Assembly (NCBI GenBank): GCA_038202885.1
Contig: JBBREP010000001.1
Coordinates: 25,350 to 89,349, forward strand
DNA from: Acidimicrobiia bacterium
GTDB lineage: Bacteria; Actinomycetota; Acidimicrobiia; IMCC26256; PALSA-610
Direction of reading: 5' to 3'
Length of the DNA stretch: 64,000 nt
The position numbers were made by a program, and so were the translations under genes. Under the pieces are notes generated by a model. That model saw nothing but the letters and a program-made list of their open reading frames with translations, was not told the origin of the DNA and did not search any database. Below, in pieces: positions 17,676 through 27,569 of this stretch (positions are counted from its first letter, which is position 1; each line of letters begins with the position of its first letter).

Positions 17676-19043
17676 GTGGTGCAGTTCTTCGAAGAAGCGC
17701 GGCAACGCCGCGTCGCGGATGGTGGTCGGATCCCGCCGCACAACATCGAAGCCGAGGAGTCGCTCCTCGGTGCCATGATGTTGACCCGTGACGCGATCAC
17801 CGCGGCCATCGAGGTTCGCATCGAAGCGCACGACTTCTACAAGCCGGCGAACGGTCATCTGTTCACGGCCGCGATTTCGTTGCACAACCGCGGCGAGGCC
17901 GTCGACCCGGTCACCGTGGCCGAATATCTGCGGCGCGACGGGCTGCTCGAGCCGATCGGCGGGCAGCCGACGCTCTTGCGCATCCAGGCCCAAACCCCGG
18001 CGTCGGCGAACGCGGGTGAATACGCCAACATCGTCCATGAGCTCGCGCTGCTCCGCAAGCTGATCGCGGTCGGTGGCGACATCGCCGAGATGGGCTACGC
18101 GGGCACCGAAGACATCGACATCACGCTTGACTCGGCCGAGGCCATGGTGTTCGAGATCGCCGAGCACCGCGTCGGCGATTCGTTGGTGTCGCTGTATCCG
18201 ATTCTCGAAGCAACGATGAACGAGCTCGAACAGCTCTACGACCGCGACAGCAGCGTCACGGGGGTGCGAAGCGGTTTCCGCGACCTCGACGAGTTGCTGC
18301 TCGGCTTCCAACGATCCAACCTCATCGTGCTCGCGGCCCGACCTGGCCAGGGCAAGACGTCGTTGGCGCTCGGCGCGGCGCTGCACGTCGCGCTCGAGGA
18401 CCGCAAGCCGGTGTTGTTCTTCTCGATGGAGATGGACCGGCTCGACCTCACGCGTCGATTGCTCTCGTCCGAAGCGCGCATCAACGCGCGTGACCTCCAG
18501 ACCGGCCGCCTCGCCGAAGGCGATTGGCCGAGGCTGAACCAGGCCGTTGGTCGTCTGGCCGAGGCGCCGTTCTTCATCGACGACGACCCTCGGTGCACGG
18601 TCATGGAAATGCGCGCCAAGGCGCGCCGCATCAAGGCCCAGTACGGCGATGTCGGATTGATCGTCGTCGACTACCTCCAACTCATGTCGACGAACAAGCG
18701 GATCGAGAGCCGCCAAGTCGAAGTGTCGGAGTTGTCGCGTGGCCTGAAGATCCTGGCGCGCGAGATGCAGGCGCCGGTGCTCGCACTGTCGCAGCTCAAC
18801 CGTCAGCTCGAATACCGCACCGACAAGCGGCCGATGCTGGCCGACCTGCGAGAGTCGGGTTCGATCGAACAAGACGCCGACGTCGTGATGTTCATCTACC
18901 GAGACGACTATTACAACACCGAGTCGGATCAGCGCGGCGTGGCTGAGATCATCGTCGGCAAGCACCGAGGTGGCCCCACCGGCACGGTCCGGCTCGCCTT
19001 CCTCGACAAGTTCACCAAGTTCGCCAACATGGCCAGGGATTAA
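17676..19043 (+). CDS. dnaB: Replicative DNA helicase DnaB (no intein)
   Basis: Has PPHNIEAEESLLGAMML, Walker A ARPGQGKTS, IVVDYLQLM and ALSQLNR. 455 aa. Confidence 0.93.
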   Translation: MVQFFEEARQRRVADGGRIPPHNIEAEESLLGAMMLTRDAITAAIEVRIEAHDFYKPANGHLFTAAISLHNRGEAVDPVTVAEYLRRDGLLEPIGGQPTLLRIQAQTPASANAGEYANIVHELALLRKLIAVGGDIAEMGYAGTEDIDITLDSAEAMVFEIAEHRVGDSLVSLYPILEATMNELEQLYDRDSSVTGVRSGFRDLDELLLGFQRSNLIVLAARPGQGKTSLALGAALHVALEDRKPVLFFSMEMDRLDLTRRLLSSEARINARDLQTGRLAEGDWPRLNQAVGRLAEAPFFIDDDPRCTVMEMRAKARRIKAQYGDVGLIVVDYLQLMSTNKRIESRQVEVSELSRGLKILAREMQAPVLALSQLNRQLEYRTDKRPMLADLRESGSIEQDADVVMFIYRDDYYNTESDQRGVAEIIVGKHRGGPTGTVRLAFLDKFTKFANMARD

Positions 19044-19151
19044 TGGGAACGGGAGCCATGCAGCTCGCAGCGCCGGACAGCGAGCGAAGCGTCCCGAAGG
19101 GCGGCGTCGCGGAGCAGCCGAGCCGAGCGAGCAAGTAGATACGTAGGCGCA

Positions 19152-19814
19152 TTAGAAAAGCGTCAAGCGGTCCGCGTCGGCGGCGTCGCGGTATTGGGCG
19201 AGGTCGACCTCGATGCATTCGATGCCCTTGCTCGCGGCGTACACGCGGGCCTGCGGCTTGATGCGTTCGGCGACGAACATACCGACGGTGGGTGCGAACC
19301 GCGAGTCGAGGTCGAGGCGTTCCTGGTACCGCAACAGCTGATCGACCCCGGCGATCTCGCCGACGCGTTTGATCTCGATCACCACTGTGCGTCCCGCCCC
19401 GTCGCGGCACAGCAAGTCGACCGGGCCGATGTCGGTCGGGTATTCGCGCCGGATCAGTTCGAGGTCGGCGCGCAGGTCTTGGACGCGCGCGGCGAGGGCT
19501 ACCTGCAGTTCGGCCTCGACGCCGTCCTTTTCGAGCCCGGGATCGTCGCCCAACGCGAATGTCTGGTCGAACAGCACTTCGTGCAGCGTGATCACGAGCG
19601 ATTCGCCCTTGGGCGTGTCGGCGCGGATCGCACCGTCGCGCTCGACAATCGTGCACGGAGGGTTCATCCAGTTCAGAGGCTTGTACGCCTTGGCGTCGGA
19701 GTGCACCGCGATCGAGCCGTCGCCCTTCAGCACGATGAGGCGCAGTGCCTCACCGAGACGCGCACCGAGACGGCCTTGGTATTCGACTCCGCAGCGAGCG
19801 ACGATGATCCGCAC
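19152..19814 (-). CDS. nucS: Endonuclease NucS (EndoMS)
   Basis: MRIIVARCGVEYQGRLGA...KAYKPLNWM...VVIEIKR, the typical NucS pattern. GTG start. Confidence 0.9.
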   Translation of the reverse strand: MRIIVARCGVEYQGRLGARLGEALRLIVLKGDGSIAVHSDAKAYKPLNWMNPPCTIVERDGAIRADTPKGESLVITLHEVLFDQTFALGDDPGLEKDGVEAELQVALAARVQDLRADLELIRREYPTDIGPVDLLCRDGAGRTVVIEIKRVGEIAGVDQLLRYQERLDLDSRFAPTVGMFVAERIKPQARVYAASKGIECIEVDLAQYRDAADADRLTLF

Positions 19815-19854
19815 GGTCCCGAGTCTGTCATGGGTGTCCCGCTACCGTCGCCGT

Positions 19855-20580
19855 GTGCACACGGTCGACCGGCGTCGCGGCCGCGCGCCCCGGGGGTTGG
19901 CCCTGGCGACGGTGTGCGTCGCGATCACGATGGCGACGGCAACCTGCTCGGGCGGGTCGAGCGCGCACGCGCCGACGTCGTCGACGACGGGCTCCGATGA
20001 GGTGTTGCGTTCCTTGGTGGCAATCGCCGCCCGTGGCGATACCCACGAGTCGCGCGTCGTGTACTCGGTCGTCCGAACGGCGGGTGGTCAAGACGCTCGG
20101 AGTATGGAGATCGAGTGGTATCGCCCTTCGCCGCGTCTTGTTGCCACCGTCGAGGGTGGCGAGCTCAACATCGAACGCGCCGGTGTCGAGACGAACTGCA
20201 CGCCCCGACCAACACCGAGGACATGCACCCGGATCGGTCCGGCCGAGCACGGTGCCGCCTCGAGCGCCGACCCCTATCTCGTGGCCGTCCGATCGAATCG
20301 CTATTCGGTCAGCGTTGGCGCCGATCGCAACATCGTCGGTGCCCGCGCGCGATGTTTTCGCCTTGCGCTGCGTGTCGGGCAGCCGCTGATCGTGGGGCTC
20401 GGCTACAGCTCGGAGACGTGTTTCGCTGCCGACGGCGTCGTGGTCCGGACTGAGCGTGACGCGCCGGGTGGTACCGAAACGGCGGTGGCGATTGCTGTCG
20501 AACGCTCCGTGCGCTGCGCCGAACTGCGACGCGTGTGGCGCGATTACGGCACGACCGACCTCGCCGACCCATGCCGTTGA
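19855..20580 (+). CDS. Putative lipoprotein, unknown function
   Basis: From GTG 19855 there is a basic N-region, a hydrophobic core and a lipobox-like TATCSGG. No recognisable domain. Confidence 0.5.
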   Translation: MHTVDRRRGRAPRGLALATVCVAITMATATCSGGSSAHAPTSSTTGSDEVLRSLVAIAARGDTHESRVVYSVVRTAGGQDARSMEIEWYRPSPRLVATVEGGELNIERAGVETNCTPRPTPRTCTRIGPAEHGAASSADPYLVAVRSNRYSVSVGADRNIVGARARCFRLALRVGQPLIVGLGYSSETCFAADGVVVRTERDAPGGTETAVAIAVERSVRCAELRRVWRDYGTTDLADPCR

Positions 20581-20606
20581 CGATGCGCCTTCTACGCTGA
20601 GCGGCC

Positions 20607-20888
20607 GTGGACTTCTACGGCGAAGTACTCCAGGAGCTCGTGGTGGCGTTGGGCGCCGCGCTGCTCGTTGCCAATGTGGCCGCACTCATTCGGCGGCGGC
20701 GAGATCGTGACACCGCGGCGCAACGCAAGATCGCGAAGTCGCGGCCGGGCAGTCCGGTCCGGCGTCTCGGCCAAGCCGACGGCCACGGCGACCTGCCGGT
20801 GGCGCCGTTTGCCCGCACCGTCACCTATGCCGCGGTGGGCCTGGTCGTGATGGTGTGGGGTGTGGCGTCGATCGTGGGCGGGCGCTGA
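20607..20888 (+). CDS. Small two-TM membrane protein
   Basis: 93 aa. Hydrophobic segments are LVVALGAALLVANVAALI and YAAVGLVVMVWGVASIVGG. Confidence 0.4.
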   Translation: MDFYGEVLQELVVALGAALLVANVAALIRRRRDRDTAAQRKIAKSRPGSPVRRLGQADGHGDLPVAPFARTVTYAAVGLVVMVWGVASIVGGR

Positions 20889-20933
20889 GCGCCGAAACAT
20901 CAAGACCGAGGGTGACTCGGCCGATATGCGAGT

Positions 20934-22427
20934 GTGTACAACTCGGGGACCGAGGCGAAATGCAGCCCTCGTTCCCGCTGGGCACGCGCGGCCCTCGCGC
21001 TGGGCCTTGTGCCGGCGGCAGCGTCGTGCGCCTACCTCACGCCCCGTCCGAGTTTCGGTCGTGGCGCCGGCGCGACGCATGTCTCAGCGTCGACGAGTGC
21101 TGCTTCTGGGAAGCGCGTGGTTCCGCGCGTGCACGACGACACTCGCTGGCAAACCTTCGTACCCGTCGCGGCCGACTTCACTACGACGTACTGGGTAACG
21201 GCATCGGGCGCTGACACTGCGCCGGGCTCGATCGACGCGCCCTGGCGCACGCTGCAACACGCCGTCGATGCCGCGACTCCAGGCGCGCGGATCCTCATTG
21301 GCTCAGGAACCTATACGGGCTTCCGGATGACGACGAGCGGTGGGCCCGGGACGCCGACCGTGATCGCCGCTGGTCCGGGCGCCAATGTTGCAGTCACCGC
21401 ACCGCTCGCGAGCGGTGACGTGATCGACCTCGTTGCCGTCCATGATGTGGCCGTTCGTGGGATCACAGTGCGCGGCGCGCGCGGGAACTGGCGTGCGGGC
21501 ATCCTTGTACGCGACGGCGCGACGCGGGTCGAGATCAGCGACGATGTAGTCACCGACAACGCCGACTACGGCGTGCGGATTATCGATGCGACCAACGTTG
21601 AGGTCACCCGTGACGACATCAGCCACAACGGTGCGGGTGTCATTGTCGAACGGGCTGGGTCGGGCGTTCACATCCACGCCAACATCGTGCACGACAACGA
21701 TCGCATGATTGTCAACGACGCCGCGCCCGGCAACGATACGGGCGCGATGGGGATCGTGTTCCAATTCGCGACCGGCCCGGTCACCGCGGACCACAACGTC
21801 ATCTTCGCCAACCGGGCGCAATCACACGACTTCGGCTACGACGGCTCGGGCTTTGAAATCTTCGGGGCCGCACACGTGACGATGGCTTCGAACGTGCTGT
21901 ACGACAACGAGGCCGTGCTTGAGACCGGCACCGATGGCCCGGACTGCGTCGGAAACCGCTTCGAGGGCAACGTCGCGTGGGGCCCCGGCCACGCGACGGT
22001 CGACGTGCAGGTGCCGCAGTCGAATGGCGTGCTGTTGCGATGCGCGACGTCGATGGTGGTCGAACACAACACGCTGTATGACCTTGATGGGTTCGCGGTG
22101 TGGTTCGACGCCAGCAACGCCGCGATGGGCGGGGTCGCGGGCCTGCGCGTCAGCGACAACCTGCTGGTGCAACCGAGCTCACCCGTGTACGAACTCGACA
22201 GTTCGCTGCCGAACACGGTGACCGTCGATGCCAACGACGTCGTCGGCCGAGGCGCAATGCTCGCGCGGATCGTGGGCCAGGATGCGCCGACCAACCTCGC
22301 TGAACTCCAGCACGCGCTCGGCTTCGACATGCACGGCGTGTCGATCGAGCCGGTGTTCGCGTATCAGGCCGGCTATGACCTGCGCGCGATGAGTCCCGCA
22401 GTGCGCGGGCGTTACGGCGCGACGTGA
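20934..22427 (+). CDS. Secreted right-handed parallel beta-helix repeat protein (probable lipoprotein)
   Basis: Has a signal peptide with lipobox AAASC, APWRTLQHAVDAATPGARILIGSGTY, and repeated units of about 23 aa with N/D-rich turns (VTDNADYGVRI, ISHNGAGVIV, VHDNDRMIV, VLYDNEAVL). Confidence 0.65.
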   Translation: MYNSGTEAKCSPRSRWARAALALGLVPAAASCAYLTPRPSFGRGAGATHVSASTSAASGKRVVPRVHDDTRWQTFVPVAADFTTTYWVTASGADTAPGSIDAPWRTLQHAVDAATPGARILIGSGTYTGFRMTTSGGPGTPTVIAAGPGANVAVTAPLASGDVIDLVAVHDVAVRGITVRGARGNWRAGILVRDGATRVEISDDVVTDNADYGVRIIDATNVEVTRDDISHNGAGVIVERAGSGVHIHANIVHDNDRMIVNDAAPGNDTGAMGIVFQFATGPVTADHNVIFANRAQSHDFGYDGSGFEIFGAAHVTMASNVLYDNEAVLETGTDGPDCVGNRFEGNVAWGPGHATVDVQVPQSNGVLLRCATSMVVEHNTLYDLDGFAVWFDASNAAMGGVAGLRVSDNLLVQPSSPVYELDSSLPNTVTVDANDVVGRGAMLARIVGQDAPTNLAELQHALGFDMHGVSIEPVFAYQAGYDLRAMSPAVRGRYGAT

Positions 22428-23221
22428 ATCGCTTCGGACCACGAACAGGCGGCGGCACGAGCGACGGGAATCGCCGACGGTGTCGACGAGCCGCAGTCGG
22501 TGCCGAGCATGTCGTGTAACACCACGGGATCGAGGATCAACTCCGGTCGGTGATCGGCCGGGCCGCTGTCCTCGAGCGCGATCGTCGTGCGCGCCTTGGG
22601 GAACGGAACAACGACGTGTGCGGTGGCGCCGCTCGACAGGTACGCGCTCGACCACAGCGGCACCTCACGGTTGCCGCGGCGTTCCACGACGGTGACCGGT
22701 CCTGAGCGCGCGGTGGTGATGGCGATGCTCACCTGTCGTGCCGTCACCGTGTCGACCGCGACCTGGGCGGGCGTCGTGATGGCGTCGTCGGCCGCCTGAT
22801 ACGCGAGCGCGATGCCGACGGCAACGATGGTCGCGCCGATCACTGCAAGCAGCACCGTGTGCTGCCCGATGTCGTCCACGGCGGGCAGCCGCGGTTGCAC
22901 GTCGATCTGGCGCCACATCGCTGCGGCCAGAACTGCGGTGGCGACGACACCCCAGGCGATACTCCATGACGCGCGCGTCAAACCCCACGGCAGCGCGTCC
23001 AGTAGGTAACCCATTGCGATCAGCGCGGCGATCGTCGAGGCAATCGCGAGTACCCAACGTCGCAGTGGGTCACCGGTGGCGAGCATGGTGATGAGCCGTA
23101 CCGTCACCACGAGCGATGCCGCGCCGAGCGGCGCCGCGACGAGTGGGTGCGCAGACGCGACGCCGCAGATTGCCGCGAACGCGATGATGGCGAAGATAGA
23201 GACTTGGTCACGAAGACGCAT
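22412..23221 (-). CDS. Polytopic membrane protein with C-terminal external domain (last gene of the glycan operon)
   Basis: 269 aa with about 5 TM helices. The ATG at 23221 overlaps the upstream gene by 14 nt. Confidence 0.5.
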   Translation of the reverse strand: MRLRDQVSIFAIIAFAAICGVASAHPLVAAPLGAASLVVTVRLITMLATGDPLRRWVLAIASTIAALIAMGYLLDALPWGLTRASWSIAWGVVATAVLAAAMWRQIDVQPRLPAVDDIGQHTVLLAVIGATIVAVGIALAYQAADDAITTPAQVAVDTVTARQVSIAITTARSGPVTVVERRGNREVPLWSSAYLSSGATAHVVVPFPKARTTIALEDSGPADHRPELILDPVVLHDMLGTDCGSSTPSAIPVARAAACSWSEAIHVAP

Positions 23222-25052
23222 TGATGCCTCGGATGTCGTAGACGATGACGGCGCCGTTGTCGTAGATCCGCGCCACGCCGGGGATGTTGTCGAACTTCGT
23301 CAGAGCGACGCGCGTGACGGGGAACTTGTGCGCGTAGCTCGCGTCCTCGCCCTGCTCCAGGTAGACGCCGACATGCGGCAGCCCCGTCGACATACGCACA
23401 TCGACGACCAGGTACTGGATCCGACCCTTGCGAATGAGCGCAAGGTCGTTGGGGGTCGGCGAGTGGTCGAAGAACACTCGGGAGGCATCGATGTTGTCAC
23501 CGACGTGCGTGACGCTGTATGACGTGCCGATCGCGGCAGCGAGAAGCCGACCGATGCGGTCCGACAACACCCTGCTGTTCGGCGGGAGGTGCTGACCGAT
23601 CCACTCGGCCGTCGCCACGTTGTAACGATCGACCGTACGATTGTCGGCCGACACGAGGTACGGCCCGGGCATACGCAGCCAACTTGGCCCGAATCCGGTC
23701 AGGACGCCGCCGACGAACATGAATGTGAGCACGAGCGTGATCGCGACGGTCCAGTCGCGCGTCCGATGCAAGAGCACGACGCCGGCCCACCATGCGAGCG
23801 CGAAGCCGACACCGACGAAGATCAGTCCTGTCGAACGGTCAGCGAACTCCGAAGTAGCGAGCGTGAGGTGCCCGATGGGCAAGAGTGGGAACGCGGCCGC
23901 GGTGACGAGCAACGCAATGGCGCGCGAGTCGCGGCGCTTGAACCACGCGCGACCCTTCCATAGGGCGGGGAGGAGCAACAGCCCGATCAGCGCGAGTGAC
24001 GACACCGACCAGATGCGCTCCCACAGCGCGGCCGTGCTGCCACCCCCGTCGACGAACAATTTGTGGTTACTGCTGCCCGTGATGAACGCGTTGATCTGTT
24101 CGCCGGAACCTTTCAGCGCGCTGCCGACGTAGCGCATCACGATCGTGCCTGGGAACAGCGTGTACAGACCGAGCATTGCCGTCGCGGCCGCGGCCACAAT
24201 GCCGTACAGGTGCGACTCGCGGTTGTAGCCGCGCGCGACGCGCTCGACTCTCCACAGGACGAAGACGGCACCAACGAACGCAAGCCCCATCAGGTGGTGG
24301 CTCACTATCGCGGCGCCTCCGATGGCGATGGCCGGGAGCACCGCGCGGCGATGGCGCGGGTGCGAGCGGTCGACGAGGAGATACACGGCTGCGAGCGCGA
24401 GCGGCAGTGCGAGGGACTGGTACGAGAATTGCGAGTTGAAAAAGAGATACTGCGGGTTCGCGGCGTACACGAGTGCAGCTATGGCAGCAACGCGCTCGGA
24501 ACCCGTCAGCCATTCCACAAACGCGATGAGCGCGAGCGTGGAGAGCACGCGTGCGAGGACGAGGACGATGACGCCACTGGTATGCCCGGTGAGGCCGGTG
24601 AGCGACGACACCGCGTGCGTGACGATCTCGAGACCGGGGTAATAGCGAACGACCGGCAGGGTCGATGTTGCATGGAACAGTCGGTGGGTCGATGTGAGTA
24701 GTCGCAGCGCCTCGACGTGGACCAACTCGTCGTGATACACGAAGAACTTCGGGTAGAGCACGACTTGACTGAACACCGCGGCGGCGCCGAGCACGAGCGA
24801 CAACGTGATGCGCTCGCGCCGCACAGTGTCGCGACCGACGATACGGAATGCGCAGGGCACGAAGATGATGATGAGGCTGATCCAGAACAGTGGCGTGGCG
24901 TACCAGTGCTCGTGCCGGCTGGCTATCCCTGCGAGCGCGTGGAGGAACAACCCGACGCACACGGACAGGATGGCCCACCCGGTGAGGTCGCGCTGGGGCG
25001 ATCGTGCCCGGCGGAACAGTTCCTGAAGGCCGGCTTCATCCTCGAGCAACAT
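23208..25052 (-). CDS. GT-C-fold-like polytopic glycosyltransferase candidate
   Basis: 614 aa from ATG 25052 (RBS GGAAGGA). It has more than 10 TM helices, a first-loop motif YHDELVH resembling the DE motif of PMT/ArnT-type enzymes, and a C-terminal soluble domain. Confidence 0.55.
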   Translation of the reverse strand: MLLEDEAGLQELFRRARSPQRDLTGWAILSVCVGLFLHALAGIASRHEHWYATPLFWISLIIIFVPCAFRIVGRDTVRRERITLSLVLGAAAVFSQVVLYPKFFVYHDELVHVEALRLLTSTHRLFHATSTLPVVRYYPGLEIVTHAVSSLTGLTGHTSGVIVLVLARVLSTLALIAFVEWLTGSERVAAIAALVYAANPQYLFFNSQFSYQSLALPLALAAVYLLVDRSHPRHRRAVLPAIAIGGAAIVSHHLMGLAFVGAVFVLWRVERVARGYNRESHLYGIVAAAATAMLGLYTLFPGTIVMRYVGSALKGSGEQINAFITGSSNHKLFVDGGGSTAALWERIWSVSSLALIGLLLLPALWKGRAWFKRRDSRAIALLVTAAAFPLLPIGHLTLATSEFADRSTGLIFVGVGFALAWWAGVVLLHRTRDWTVAITLVLTFMFVGGVLTGFGPSWLRMPGPYLVSADNRTVDRYNVATAEWIGQHLPPNSRVLSDRIGRLLAAAIGTSYSVTHVGDNIDASRVFFDHSPTPNDLALIRKGRIQYLVVDVRMSTGLPHVGVYLEQGEDASYAHKFPVTRVALTKFDNIPGVARIYDNGAVIVYDIRGINASS

Positions 25053-26361
25053 GATCGGGTTCCTTCCCGAGAGTGTCCTGGCGCAGGATCCTTCGCACCA
25101 TGAATCTGGTCGTGAATAGCGAGACGATCGACTGTCCGACGAGCCATCCCAATGCGGGTGCGCACACGCCGATGTGGTGCACCAACAGCGCACCAGTACC
25201 GATGGTGAAAATGCACACGACACCGTTGATCACCGCGACCCACTTCGTGCGTCCGGTGACGCGCAGCACGCCCACGGCCACGTTGTTGAGGGCCCGAGGG
25301 ATGCACGCGAGGCCCATGAGGCGAATCACCCACGCTCCCGCGCGCGCGTATCCCGGTCCGTACACCTCTAGCGCGAACGGCGCGATCACGACCGCTGCGA
25401 TACTCAGGGGCACCATGACCGCGAACGTGTGGCGCAACGCCGATCGCAGCAGGTCCGGAAGTCGGTCACGGTCGCGCGCGCCCTCGACGGTGAGGGCCGT
25501 GGCCATGTTCAACGCCAACAGGTCGATGGTGAGCGCCGACGTCCATGCCAACGCGAAGTAGCCGGTCTCCTTGCTGCCCACCCATTGCAGCATCAACGCA
25601 GGTACGAGCGCGGCCGACGCGTAGTTGAACAACGAGGCCACATAGTCGGGCCCGGCGAAGCGGGCGGCTTCGGGCAGCGCCAAGGTCTCGGGCCGGGCGC
25701 TTGACGCGGTGTGAATCAGGCGCCGGAAGATGAGCACGTTGATCGGGATGAGCGACGCCAGCGCGCCGATCACCCACGGTGCGAACACGCCCATCGCGCC
25801 ACCAGCGGCCGCGAATACGACGAGCAGCGCGAGCTTGACGACACCGAAGATGGCGTTCTCCACGGGGACCCAGTGCGCGCCGCGCAGCGCGGTGAGGGCC
25901 GCGTCTTGCAAACTGAACACGGTCCAGCCGACAGCGGCCACTACGAAGAGCGGCGCAAGGAATCGACTGGTTTGGAGCGCACCCGCGCCGACGCGATCGT
26001 CGTAGGCCACGTAGCCGATCGCAACGAGCAACGTGAGCGTGCACGTGACGCCATACGAGAGACGCAGCGCGCGTGCCCTGCGCTCGTCCAGTACCGGCAA
26101 GTAGCGCCCGAGGAAGCTGATCATGTTGAGTTGGCTGATGCCGCTCACGAAGAGCATGGCGCTGATCACGGCGGTGGCTCGTCCGACATCGCGCGCGTCG
26201 TAGAGCCGGGCTGCCGCGATCCAGAACAACACGCCGAGGACGGCCGTGAGGCCGGTGTTGAGCATCAACGAATAGGCCGCGTGCAGCAGCGGGCTGCGTT
26301 CGGCGATTGCCGCCCAGCGGCGTTCGTTCGTGGGGGCCGACGCCTCGACGCGCAGTGTCAT
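25036..26361 (-). CDS. Polysaccharide/oligosaccharide flippase (MOP/Wzx-like)
   Basis: 441 aa from ATG 26361 (ATGA overlap). It has about 12-14 TM helices and a polysaccharide-biosynthesis-protein-like N-terminus (LLHAAYSLMLNTGLTAVLGVLFWIAAARLY). Confidence 0.65.
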   Translation of the reverse strand: MTLRVEASAPTNERRWAAIAERSPLLHAAYSLMLNTGLTAVLGVLFWIAAARLYDARDVGRATAVISAMLFVSGISQLNMISFLGRYLPVLDERRARALRLSYGVTCTLTLLVAIGYVAYDDRVGAGALQTSRFLAPLFVVAAVGWTVFSLQDAALTALRGAHWVPVENAIFGVVKLALLVVFAAAGGAMGVFAPWVIGALASLIPINVLIFRRLIHTASSARPETLALPEAARFAGPDYVASLFNYASAALVPALMLQWVGSKETGYFALAWTSALTIDLLALNMATALTVEGARDRDRLPDLLRSALRHTFAVMVPLSIAAVVIAPFALEVYGPGYARAGAWVIRLMGLACIPRALNNVAVGVLRVTGRTKWVAVINGVVCIFTIGTGALLVHHIGVCAPALGWLVGQSIVSLFTTRFMVRRILRQDTLGKEPDHVARG

Positions 26362-27569
26362 GACGGGTTCGCCGATCCGAGCACGCGCTCGTAGAACGTG
26401 CCCATCCGGTTGGCAGCGGCAGCGATCGTGAAGTGATCGCGGAACCGTCGTTCGGCGGCGTCGATACACGCGGCGACGCGCGGTCCGCCGTCGAGCGCGT
26501 CGTCGAGCGCGGTTGCGAGCGCGCCGGGGTCGTCGGTGCGCACGTAGTGAAAGGCGGTCACATCAAGCGCCTCCACGAGCGGCTCGATGCGCGAGGCAAC
26601 GACGGGAAGGCGCAACGCCATCGCCTCGAGTGCGGCCCCGCCGAACCCCTCCCAGCGCGAGGGGTACGACAACACGTCGGCTGCACACATCAGATCGGGT
26701 ACGTCGCTGCGATGACCGAGCAGCCGTACCGATGGGCCGACCGACGTGGCGAGTTGCTCGACCAGCGCGCTCGCTGTGTCGGCGCCGCCGGCGATGAGGA
26801 GTACGGCGTCGGGTCGGCGTTCGCGCAACATTGCGAAGGCGCGGATCGAGGTGTCGACTCCTTTTTGGTCGGCGAGTCGAGCGGGCGCGAGCACGACGGG
26901 CGTTCCGCCAGGTATGCCCAGCGACGCTCGGACCTCAGCGCGTCGCCGGGGTGACGGCGTACCCAGGCGCGCTTCGTCGCGGCCGCGCCACACCACGTCG
27001 ACGCGTTCGTCGGGCACATGCAGCCGCTTCGCCATCGTGCTTGCGATCGAGGCCGACACCGATTGGAATCGCCGAACCAGTCGGGCCGTAGCGATGTCGC
27101 AGCCGTGGACGCCGCGCACCGCGAGCCGTCCGTAACTCGACGTGGCGCGATGCTCAGGGCCGTACGTCAGGTTCGCCAAGGTGGAAACGACCGGCACGTT
27201 GGCCGCGCGCGCCGCGGTGCGGCCGCACAGGTCCGCCCACAGCAACGTCGTGTGCACGACGTCGGGTCGGCGCGCCCGGATCAGCGAGCGCAGGCTCACA
27301 ACCCGGCGGACGGGTCGCGGCCCACTCAGCGAGTGGACGACAAAGCCGCGTTCGCGCAGCCGCGCGCGGAGCACGCCGTCGTCGTCGAGCAGCGTTGCGA
27401 CCTCGACCTCGATGCCGAGGGCGCGCAGGTGCGGCGCCACGTCAACGAGCGATTGCTCCGCGCCGCCGCCGCGCAAGTTGTCGATGATGTGCAGCACGCG
27501 CATCGTGCCGCCGGACACCGGCGGCGAGAGGGCGACGTCGCTGCGGCCGAGCAGCGGAGCTGAACTCAT
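26358..27569 (-). CDS. Glycosyltransferase family 4 (GT-B)
   Basis: MRVLHIIDNLRGGGAEQSLVD and a C-terminal EGFGGAALEAMALRLPVVASR (E-x7-E region). Start is 27569 (ATGA overlap) or 27503. Confidence 0.8.
   Translation of the reverse strand: MSSAPLLGRSDVALSPPVSGGTMRVLHIIDNLRGGGAEQSLVDVAPHLRALGIEVEVATLLDDDGVLRARLRERGFVVHSLSGPRPVRRVVSLRSLIRARRPDVVHTTLLWADLCGRTAARAANVPVVSTLANLTYGPEHRATSSYGRLAVRGVHGCDIATARLVRRFQSVSASIASTMAKRLHVPDERVDVVWRGRDEARLGTPSPRRRAEVRASLGIPGGTPVVLAPARLADQKGVDTSIRAFAMLRERRPDAVLLIAGGADTASALVEQLATSVGPSVRLLGHRSDVPDLMCAADVLSYPSRWEGFGGAALEAMALRLPVVASRIEPLVEALDVTAFHYVRTDDPGALATALDDALDGGPRVAACIDAAERRFRDHFTIAAAANRMGTFYERVLGSANPS

Noticed and set aside
17676-19043. Intein or other insertion in DnaB
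   Set aside because: The protein is 455 aa with contiguous helicase motifs. No extra domain or Cys/Ser-His-Asn splice junction pattern is present.
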